A stretch of 64,000 nt of DNA from Octopus sinensis (Eukaryota). How positions within the stretch are numbered: position 1 is the stretch's first letter; the number at the start of each line of letters is the position of its first letter. Shown here one piece after another: positions 53,985-64,000 of this stretch. The notes under the pieces are model-generated. The model had not been told where the DNA came from. It was given only the letters and a program-made list of their open reading frames with translations, and searched no databases. Location: assembly GCF_006345805.1 (NCBI RefSeq), contig NW_021836299.1, forward strand, positions 8,120-72,119, read 5' to 3'. The translations under genes and the position numbers were made by a program.

Positions 53985-54260
53985 GATGTTGGGTAATGAT
54001 TACGAATACAAGCAGCAGGAATGGGTCACTCAAAAGGATCTACCTGGATTAACCTTATTCGACAGGGTTCATTGTTGGGAGATCAGGAATTCGCACCACG
54101 TCAAGCCGACACTTCACCGCATTGAAACGTCACAGGTACGGTACTATATCGCACAAAAGAATCGGCAAACGGTTTCTTGAAGCAGAGCCGACAGACAGGA
54201 GACCTAGAGGCAGACCTGGAATGAGATGCTTGGATACCATCTATAATCAGTGTTAGTCAC
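53985..54260 (+). mobile_element. RTE-clade LINE 3' fragment
   Basis: GLTLFDRVHCWEIRNSHHVKPTLHRIETSQVRYY / RIGKRFLEAEPTDRRPRGRPGMRCLDTI. Confidence 0.72.
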
Positions 54261-54473
54261 ACTCATCAATCCAGCCGGTAAGCCTAATGCTCTTTACTTC
54301 TGATAGGATTCTATGGAGAAAGTAACTGAAGACTCTATCACCAAAATACTCCCAGGAATAGTGGAGGGAGATGGATAGACCGTTAGCAGGTTGTGAGGAT
54401 TATTCGCGACGTTCTCCTTGTCTCGGTAAAAAGGAGCTGTGTTTCACAGAAGCGGGACACTGATGGAGTAAAA

Positions 54474-54644
54474 CAGTTCTATATTTAAGAGATGAGGAAT
54501 TATGTACATTATTTACATTCGACGGATATTTGTCCTCATCTTGTTTGTTGCTAACACGTTTCGGCGGATATGCCCTCCAGCCTTCTTCAGATGTCTTGGG
54601 GAAATTTCGAACCTGGGTTCTCATTCCTAAGATATTTTTCGATG

Positions 54645-54714
<70 letters not shown>

Positions 54715-54763
54715 TTTATTACTATTATTATTATTATTATTATTATTATTGTTATTATTATTA

Positions 54764-54794
<31 letters not shown>

Positions 54795-54902
54795 GTTATT
54801 GTTCAGGTCACTGCTTGGAATCGAACTCGGAATTTTGGGGTTAGAAGCCCGCGCCCTTAATCCCTAAGCCATATGCCCGTGGGCATATGGCGTAGTGGTT
54901 AT
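54474..54902 (-). mobile_element. Composite retroelement: inverted 21-bp head copy + tRNA-like head + (AAT)n + hammerhead-like 3' domain; 13-bp TSD
   Basis: TGATGGAGTAAAA at 54461-54473 and 54903-54915. B box GAGTTCGATTCC. CUGAAGA-A-GGC...GCC-GAAAC at 54594->54552. Confidence 0.75.
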
Positions 54903-55194
54903 TGATGGAGTAAAATCTTTATATTCTTATTCTTCTCTCTACATCAGGGGACCAAAATCCCTTCAACGTTACACTGACTCTTACGTAAGAAATTCATAGG
55001 AATTTCGATTGTTCCTCTAAGCAACACTAATTGTTCCAAGTCACGTCATGAGATTCAGTATAATACAGTTAAGATATGGCAATTCCTTGCAGTGTACAGC
55101 TCTTACGTAACGGTACATGAATAATTACACATATATATATGTGTGTGTGTGTGTATGTGTGTGTGTGTGTGCATGCGTATGTATGTGTGTGTCT

Positions 55195-55415
55195 GTCTGT
55201 CTGTCTCTCTGTCTGTTTGTGAGTCTTTGTGTCTGTGTTTGTCCCCACATCACCGCTTGACAACCGGTGTTGCTGTGTTTACGTCTCTGTAGATGCCGAT
55301 AGAATAACTACTAGGCTTTAGAAAAGAAAGAAATAGGTCCTTGGGTAGATTTGTTCGATTAAAATCCTTCAAGGCGGTACCCTAGTATGGCCGCAGTCAA
55401 ATGACTGAAACAAGG
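55195..55415 (+). mobile_element. SINE family B tail
   Basis: GTGTTTGTCCCCACATCACCGCTTGACAACC...GACTGAAACAAG. Confidence 0.8.
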
Positions 55416-55461
55416 AGAGAGAGAGAGAGAAAAGAAGAAAGAAGGAAAGAAAGAAAGAAAG

Positions 55462-56212
55462 ATATTCATTTCTACTCTAGATACAAGGCCCGAGAATTTG
55501 GATAGGAGAGAGCCAGTCGATTAAATCGACCCCAGTACGCAATTGGTACTAAATTTATCGACCTCGAAAGGATGAAAGACATAGTCGATCTCGGCGGAAT
55601 TTGAACTCAAAACGTAAAGACAGACGAAATTCTTTTCTACTCTTGGCACAACGTCTGAAATTTTGGGGGAGGAGGAGAGTCGATTATATCGACCCCAGAG
55701 CGCAACTGATACGTAATTTATCGACTCCGAAAGTATGAAAGGTAAAGTCAAACTCGCCGGAATTTGAACTCAGAACGTAATGGTAGAAGAAAAAATACCT
55801 ATTTCTTTACTACCCACAAGGGGCTAAACACAGAGGAGACAAACAAGGGCAGACAGACGGTCTAAGTCGATTACATCGACCCCCAGTGCGTAACTGGTAC
55901 TTAATTTATCGATCCCGAAATGATCAAAGACAAATTCGACCTCGGCGGAATTTGAACTCAGAACGTAACGGCAGAAATACCTATTTCTTTACTACCCACA
56001 AGGGGCTAAATACAGAGGAGACAAACAAGGGCAGACAGACGGTTTAAGTCGATTATATCGACCCCAGTGCGTAACTGGTACTTAATTTATCGACCCCGAA
56101 AGGATGAAAGGCAAAGTCGACCTTGGCGGAACTTGAACTCAGAACGTAATGGCAGACCAAATACCACTAAGCATCTCGCCCGGCGTGCTAACGTTTCTGC
56201 CAGCTCGCCGCC
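55462..56212 (-). mobile_element. Head-to-tail array of four SINE C units with a single head
   Basis: Units 56212-55976 (full length), 55975-55795, 55790-55632 and 55630-55462. Confidence 0.9.
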
Positions 56213-56257
56213 TCATAATTAACTGCTATTAATAATGCAAATATTGTATTGGCTTAG

Positions 56258-56562
56258 TAGTTAGGGTATTCAGCTCATGATCATAAGGTCGTGCGTTCAA
56301 TTCCCGGCGACGCGTTATGTCCTTGAGCAAGAAACTTTATTTCACGTTAATTCAGTCCACTTAGCTGGCAAGAATGAGTAGTTCCAGTATTTCAAAGGGC
56401 CGGCCTTGTCACATTCTGTGTCAAGCTGAAACTCCCTGAGAACTACATTAAAGGGACACGTATCTGTGGCGTGCTCAGTCATTTGCACCTTTGTTTCACG
56501 AGCGAGTTGTTCCATTGATCAGAACAAGTAGAACATTCGTCGTCGCAACCGACGGAGTGCTC
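56258..56562 (+). mobile_element. SINE: head H2 + tail T1
   Basis: GCGTTATGTCCTTGAGCAAG...ATTTCACGTT head; GTATTTCAAAGGGCC...AACCGACGGAGTGC tail. Confidence 0.8.
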
Positions 56563-56757
56563 GTCATTATTTGATATTAATGAGCCGACATGGGAAATAA
56601 GATATATCTTCTTAGTTTTAGTCATCGATCTAATGTGTTATCGAACACACGTGTCGTTCTATAAATTTCACACTTCCAAATTGTTTAACATACGCTATTT
56701 ACTACATAGATAAAGTATACAAGTGTGCGTGTGTGTGTGTTTGCGTGGGCACGTATT

Positions 56758-56808
<51 letters not shown>

Positions 56809-57463
56809 GTGTGTGTGTGTGTGTGTATAGATAGATAGATAGATAGATATATAGATAGAGAAGCATATGTGTATATATATGTATATGCGTACGTATATAT
56901 GTATATACGTACGTATATATGTATGTATGAATGTAGATAGCTAGGTAGGGAGGGAGGTGTGCTGCTAGGTAGATAGGTAGGTAGGTAATTTACACAGGCA
57001 CACACACACACGCACACACACACACACACACACATACACACACACACATACACACACAAACTTTCCTTCATGTATATATGGCTTTAACGACATATGCTGA
57101 GAAAGAAGAGGAATTAAAAGAGAAACTAATGCGTGCAAGTGCATGCGTGAGGGTGAGAACACATGACGGGGGTAGGTGTGTGTGTGTGTGTGTGTGCGAA
57201 AGTGCGTGTGAGTATGTATGTGATTGTGTTTGTGTGTGTGTGTGTGCGCGCGCGCGCGAAAGTCTTAAGAGAATATTTAAAATAACTTTTTAAAAAATTT
57301 TCAACGAAAGGAAACATACGATATAATTCCTCGTGCGCAATGCATTAGAGAAGGTGTTGGTAAAAGGATATAATATAATCATTATATATATATGTATATA
57401 TATATATATACAGTCTATAAAAACATATATTATATATATATATATATATATATACAGTCTATA

Positions 57464-57497
<34 letters not shown>

Positions 57498-57836
57498 ACG
57501 GTTGCCAACTCCCACAGGCTAAATTCACACATAATGGGTCCGTTTCTTACCGAGGAAGAAGGGAATGTTTAGTTGCAAATCCCCAAGGCACAGGGGAAGA
57601 AAACAAGAAAACAGTAGTAACAATAATAAAAACAACAAAAGCAGCAGCAGCAGCAGCAACGACAACAAGTGCAACACTGACGACGGTGAGGACGTCGACG
57701 ACGACGACGCCGATGACTACAACAGCAATAAGAGAAATAAAAAATGAAAAAAAAACAAAAAAACAAACAGAAAGGAAGGTATCGAAAACTAGCATTTGAA
57801 AAGTTACATGCTAAATTGATGATGATAATGATGATG

Positions 57837-57882
<46 letters not shown>

Positions 57883-57995
57883 CGATAACAAGGACCACAA
57901 CGAAGGCCTCATCGGCAATGGCGACTACGTTAAGAATAATTTATGCGACGTAGATATTATTACTATCATATATATATATATAAATACACACATAT

Positions 57996-58046
<51 letters not shown>

Positions 58047-58290
58047 TTATATATATACATGTATATATATATATATATATACATTATATACGTATGTATA
58101 TATTTATAAATGTATACATACATATGACACCCACATAAATACATACACACACACACATAAATACATACCCATATATATAAATGCACTCACAATCGTAAAC
58201 ACACATAAACATATTACAAGCATGCATACATCTGAGGAGGAAGAATGATATTAAATGTTTTCTTAATAATGCTATGACTCGTGATGGATA

Positions 58291-58396
<106 letters not shown>

Positions 58397-58440
58397 ACTA
58401 CTACTACTACTACTACTAATAATAATAATAATAATAATAA

Positions 58441-58990
58441 CCATTCAAACTGACAGAAAGATAGATGCAAATAGGCCAGACATCATATTGAAAGACTTCA
58501 GACAAAGAACATGCCTCCTCATTGATATGATTCTCCAATCGATATAAACGTATCTGTCAAGACCTACCAAAAACTGAGCAAATATAAAGATCTTGAAATG
58601 AAATCAGCAAAATGTGGACCTGAAGACTAAAACAATACCTGTTGTCATAGGTGCCATGGGAATGATAGCGAAAGGGGCTGATTGCTACCTAACTCAGATA
58701 CCAGGAAACCCAAAATGGCAGAAATTCAAAAGATAGTGCTCATGGGAACTGCTCATATCCTACGCAAAATACTCTCTATGTAATCCCAAGGTTTAAAACA
58801 AACTTTTTTTTATTTATTTATTAGACATTCACTAGTACAACACCAAAAAGAAAAAAAAGGAAAAAAAACCCAAATATATGGCACACTAGGCATAACAACA
58901 ACGTGAACTTCCAACCTGTTGTCTCTTCAGGTCTCTGGGTGAGACTTGGAGCCAACTTGTACAAACATAAAGCAAAAGTTAAACATAGAA
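58441..58990 (+). mobile_element. R4/Dong family A, heavily 5'-truncated second copy, flanked by (TAA)n
   Basis: Colinear with 4544-5114 including the 3' UTR; (TAA)n at 58417-58440 and 58991-59006. Confidence 0.92.
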
Positions 58991-59006
58991 AAATAATAAT
59001 AATAAT

Positions 59007-59200
59007 GAGAAGAAGAAGAAGAAGAAGAAGGAGAAGAAGAAGAAGAAGAAGAAGAAGAAGAAGGAAAAGAAGAAGAAGAAGAAGAAGAAGAAGAAGAAGA
59101 AGAAGAAGAAGAAGAAAGAGGAAGAAGAAGAAGGAAAAGAAGAAGAAGAAGAAGAAAAAAGAGGAAGACGAAGAAGGAAAAGAAGAAGAAGAAGAACAAG
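59007..59200 (+). repeat. (GAA)n tract
   Basis: Direct reading. Confidence 0.95.
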
Positions 59201-59319
59201 AAGGTTCGTCGCTTTCAAAAACGGAAAGCGAAGCACAAGGAACATGTATAGTATTTCAAATACATTTGCTGCAAACTAATGTTTGCACACACACACACAT
59301 ACACAAACTCACTCACTCA

Positions 59320-59358
<39 letters not shown>

Positions 59359-59388
59359 ACACACACATACAGAGGTTTTATATTTTTG

Positions 59389-59522
59389 TCAGCTGAGTGG
59401 ACTGGAGCAATATGAAATGAAGTGTTTTGCTCAAGAATACAACGCGTCGTCCGGTCCAGGAATCGAAACCACAATATTACGATCATGAGTCCAACACTCT
59501 AAGTACAAAGCCACGCGCTTCC
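59389..59522 (-). mobile_element. SINE head H2
   Basis: Reverse complement of GGTTTCGATTCCTGGACC...GCGTTGTATTCTTGAGCAAAACACTTCATTTC. Confidence 0.7.
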
Positions 59523-59928
59523 ACTATGAGTCTGTATGACGCTGGATAGATAACTATCCCGTATATGTATGTATGTATTACGTATGTATATGTATGTATG
59601 TATATATATATATATATATATATATACATACAACACCACACACACACACGCGCGCGCGCTCTCACGTTCTCCCTATTCCTCACCCTCTTGTTCTATCTTA
59701 TATCTCTCTCCACCTATTTCTTACGATGTTTTGACTGCTGTGTCGCCATTTTTCGGTGTATTGCAGCCAGAAAAATGTTCACTTAAAGGGAGTAACAAGC
59801 TACATAATGCAAAATTTTCAGGAATTCCAATTCTAAAGGGTCGAAACACACCCGAGCAATGCCGGACGATACCTCTGGTTTAAATATATGTGTGCATATA
59901 CTGACAGACACACACATATATATACATA

Positions 59929-60127
59929 GTTAATCCAAACATGAAAACACAAAGAGAAAACACAACAAGGCGAGGACGTGGAACAAATATAGTATTATTG
60001 GACGCTCTGGAAGGAAGGGAAGAATGAGGGTTTAACGTTTCGAGCGCAGCTCTTCGTCAGAAACATAGGAAATAGAAAGATCCAGAGAAGGGAAGACGGA
60101 GAAAAATCGCCAACGGTACACACGCGG
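59929..60127 (-). mobile_element. Penelope-type terminal-repeat fragment of a related family
   Basis: Similar layout to 38258-38450 and carries the best hammerhead motif in the window. Confidence 0.6.
60030..60064 (-). ncRNA. Minimal type I hammerhead ribozyme motif
   Basis: GUUU-CUGACGA-A-GAGC(UGC)GCUC-GAAAC-GUU-AAAC: intact CUGANGA and GAAA core, paired stems I and II, self-complementary AACGUU at stem III. Confidence 0.65.
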
Positions 60128-60135
60128 TATACATA

Positions 60136-60138
<3 letters not shown>

Positions 60139-60226
<88 letters not shown>

Positions 60227-60319
60227 AATCTATCTATGTATCTATATATCTATCTATCAATATCTCTCTCTCTCTATATATATATATATACCTATATGTG
60301 TGTGTGTGTGTGTATGTAA

Positions 60320-60350
<31 letters not shown>

Positions 60351-60358
60351 GACAGATC

Positions 60359-60400
<42 letters not shown>

Positions 60401-60427
60401 TAGATAGATAGATAGATAGATAGATAT

Positions 60428-60495
<68 letters not shown>

Positions 60496-60500
60496 GTAGG
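60139..60500. repeat. (TCTA)n ... (CAGA)n(TAGA)n compound microsatellite
   Basis: Direct reading. Confidence 0.93.
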
Positions 60501-60949
60501 TAGATGCTTGTACACATCTTGTGTATACGTATGTTCAAATGCATCATCATTATATTTATATTAAAAGCTATATACAATACATAATAAACACGAATCTGTT
60601 AATATTAACATTCACCTTTACTTTCTTTCTTCCTTGCCGTTTTCACGTAATCATCTCAGGCACCACTATCTCTACCATCATAACGTATCACCACATTCCA
60701 TAAGAACATTGCTATCCGTCATGAAGTTCCTTCTTTTTTTATAACCACCGTTTTCATCGACATTATATGTGTATATTCTGTATCGCAATAAAAAGGAATC
60801 CTATCTTACAGACCCTTACATCATAAACAACTCTTGACCCTGTTTATAAACCAAAAGAAATGTCATAACTATTAGAAAGAATCTTCTATAGTCTATCTAT
60901 GTCTGTTTTTCTGTCTGAGTGTATATATATGTATATATATATTATTTTA

Positions 60950-61316
60950 TTCTTTTACATGTTTCAGCATCGCCTCCAAGGGCTTTAGTCAAAGAAATCG
61001 ACTCCTTGATTTATTCTTGCAGACTAGTACTTATTCTGTTGCTCTCTCTTGCCGAACCGCTAGGTTACGGGGACATAAACAAACCAACATCAGTTGTTAC
61101 ACACGAAGACACACACGTAAGTACACATACATACATACATACATATATATATATATATACAAGATGGGCTTCTTTCAGTTTCCGTCTACCAAATCCACTC
61201 ACAAAGATTTGATCGGCCCGAAGCTATAGTACAAGACACTTACCCAAAGCGCCACACAATGAGACTGAACCCGAAACTATGTGGTTGGGAAGCAAACTTC
61301 TTACCACCCAGCCACA
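60950..61316 (-). mobile_element. SINE family B
   Basis: Reverse complement of the consensus. Confidence 0.87.
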
Positions 61317-61569
61317 TATAACGTGGATTACGAGCACTTGTTTTGTCATAGAACGTCTGCAGAAGAGATGAAATAGCCATTGTAAATTTGCGTACGTCTA
61401 TGGGTTTTTTTAATACATTTATTTGTTGTGTCGATTACTGCATTCAAGAATCACTTTGAATAGAAATTATAAAAAACCAGTAAGAGTGGTTAAGTTTTCA
61501 TGTAAGCAGAATATCAGAAATCATATTGAGAGATACTTAAAGAGGGGAAAAAAATTTGAATTTTATGTC

Positions 61570-61629
<60 letters not shown>

Positions 61630-61711
61630 GAGAGAGAGAGAGAGACAGGCAGACAGATAGACAGACAGAGAGTTTGTGTTTGAGTGTGTGTATGTGTGTA
61701 AGGGCGTGATA

Positions 61712-61945
61712 TATTATTTCTTTACTGCCCACAGGGGGCTAGACATAGAGGGGACAAACAAGGACAGACAAAGGAATTAAGTCGATTAGATCGACCCCAG
61801 TGCGTAACTGGTACTTAATTTATCGACCCCGAAAGGATGAAAGGCAAAGTCGACCTCGGCGGAATTTGAACTCAGAACGTAAAGCCAGACGAAATACTGC
61901 TAAGCATTTCGCCCGGCGTGCTAACGTTTCTGCCAGCTCGCCGCC
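61712..61945 (-). mobile_element. SINE family C, long tail, full length
   Basis: Reverse complement of the consensus. Confidence 0.92.
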
Positions 61946-61964
61946 TATTTAATTCAGGCGTATT

Positions 61965-62365
61965 TCTTTTACTTTTTTATTTGTTTCAGTCATTTAGCTG
62001 TGACCGTGCTGGAGCACCACCTTTAGTCGAACAAATCGACTCCAGGACTTATTCTTTGGAAGCCTAGTACTTATTATATCGGTATATTTTGCCGAAGCGC
62101 TAAGTTACGGGGACGCAAACACACCGACATCAGTTGTCAAGTGATGATGGTGGAGGGACAAACACTGACACACAAACAGACACACACACAGATACATATA
62201 TATATACGACGGGCTTCTTTCAGTTTCCGTCTACCAAGTCCACTCACAAGGCTTTGATCAGCCCGAGGCTATACTAGAAGACACTTGCCCAAGGTGCCAC
62301 GCAATAGGACTGAACCCGGAACCATATGGTTAGTATGGAAGCTACTTACCACACAGCCACGCCTG
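61965..62365 (-). mobile_element. SINE family B, full length
   Basis: Reverse complement of the consensus, ending CACACAGCCACGCCTGC. Confidence 0.92.
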
Positions 62366-63005
62366 CAAGAATATAAAACTCGGTGGCGGGCATTTCATAA
62401 GGAGATTTTATATCTAATGCAAATGATTTTAAAGGTTAATTAAGCCACGTATATCAGCATCCCGTTACTTGTTTAAAGGGGTGGAACGTTACGTTGCTAT
62501 AGAAAACAAAACGCAGACAAACCTGATTCCCTCGATAATAGAGTTAGTAGAGGTAGTTCATTCAGCCATATCGAATATCCTTTTGTTTTGCGCTATACCT
62601 AAATTAAATATTCTTTACTAATAATATCTATAATTAACTACATGGCCTCTTCCACATTAAATATGTAGCTCTCATTATATTTTTAAATGACATATACGCA
62701 CATAAACTTAATCATAATATGTGTGGTGTGTAGGTGGGGGGTGTAATTTTCTCTAAATTCGCCCCCATCTCTTCGCTGCTGTAGTTTAAGATCTTTTAGT
62801 AACAAAATGTTTCCCCTTCGTGTATTTTTGAAACTGATATAGCGTTGTAAACATACAAGAAACTTAACTTAATTATCTACAATTATGTGTAGAATTTTTA
62901 TCAGAGCATTCATATTTCCTTAAATCAGAATTTTCTAGAGCAATTCCAAATAAATCTGAGACAATGTATAATGACAACTAACATGCAATTGTTCATTGAA
63001 TCGCA

Positions 63006-63044
<39 letters not shown>

Positions 63045-63879
63045 AACTTCCAATATTTAATTTTGCATTACTAAATCATTACAGTTCTCTTATTACTCTA
63101 CAATATAAATCTTTTTACTAAACGTTACATTCCACCTCTCTAATTAATAAAGACATTTCCCAATAATTAACTTAGAGCGTTTAAATTACATATAAACTGA
63201 AGCATATTTATTTCTACGTAATGCATTAAATGCAATTTTACAGATCAGAAAACCACTCCCTTCCCACTATTTCCTTTACCAGCATAAGATCCTACAATTT
63301 TCCAGTGACATATCTTATAATTTGGTTTCCAAGATCCTAATTTCTCTATTACGTAACCAACATAATTGATTTCAATTATAATACCGTTCTTATTCACAAT
63401 ATTTCTAGAATGTGCTAATCTTCGTCCTACATCTATATAATTGTATTTTCCTTCAAAAACTAATAGCTATTTGATTCTCTCATTTCATTGGCATAACAAG
63501 CAGCACGACAAAACTTGTATTAACATTTTCGGTTTTAAAAGTTTCGTTAATTTCTAGATCCTAGCTTGGTATTCTACTCTAGTGGTGGTCTGCCATTGGG
63601 CAGCTCCTATGCATCTGGACCTTCTCCAGCAGTCTCTCTACGACCTAGGAGGGCCTGCACCCTCCCCCGTCGCCCCTAAATAGACTACTGGCTCTATAGC
63701 TATCCATGACTAGACTTTGTATGGATGCTGGAGTGGTTTCTAGTTGCCTTCTGTAGCCAAGTGGGATTTGAACTTAGAATAAGATAGTGCTGGCGTGTGT
63801 TTATCTGTTTGCATGTGTATGTAAGTGTGTGTGCGTGTGTGTGTGTGTGTGTGCGTGTGTGTGCGTGTGTGCGTGTGAG

Positions 63880-64000
63880 AGCATGTGTCTTTGTGTTTGT
63901 ATTTGTCCTTAGTCATCGCTTGACAACCGGTGTTGATTGAAGTCCCCGCAACCTAGCGTTTCGCCGTGAGAGATCGACGACAGAAACTGTACCATGCTTT
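63880..64000 (+). mobile_element. Degenerate SINE B tail at the window end
   Basis: CATCGCTTGACAACCGGTGTT...CCCCGCAACCTAGCG. Confidence 0.6.

Noticed and set aside
57078-57152. MALTTYAEKEEELKEKLMRASACVR followed by a GTGAGA donor-like site (possible first exon)
   Set aside because: Short, embedded in microsatellites, with no promoter or downstream exon support.
62700-63560. AT-rich stretch with faint LINE-like peptides on the minus strand
   Set aside because: No diagnostic motif survives; stops in all frames.

Overview
Eukaryotic, AT-rich, repeat-saturated DNA. The SINE families and the microsatellite load look like an octopus (coleoid cephalopod) genome; that assignment is inference. I could not recognise any host protein-coding gene, and almost all entries in the ORF track are microsatellite read-throughs or antisense frames of retroelements. 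The real coding content is transposon-derived. It includes a Penelope-like (Neptune-type) RT+GIY-YIG fragment at 1-1378 (-) and four R4/Dong-clade non-LTR copies from three families, all embedded in (TAA)n. One of these is a near-full-length ~1,214-aa element at 43186-47620 that starts with a 23-copy 21-bp tandem array. Tx1/L1, RTE and Tc1/mariner remnants and an 85-bp-TIR MITE are also present. More than 30 tRNA-derived SINE pieces are built from interchangeable head and tail modules. The most interesting signals are: (1) the reiterated 5' end of the full-length Dong element; (2) minimal hammerhead-ribozyme motifs with covarying stems in Penelope-derived repeats; (3) a 429-bp composite element (tRNA-like head + TAA tract + hammerhead-like core) with a 13-bp target-site duplication; (4) SINE tails that appear to supply Dong landing sites; (5) headless SINE concatemers that restart at one fixed internal site. 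Family names come from motif recognition by eye, not database searches, and boundaries are approximate (+/-10-20 bp) unless stated.
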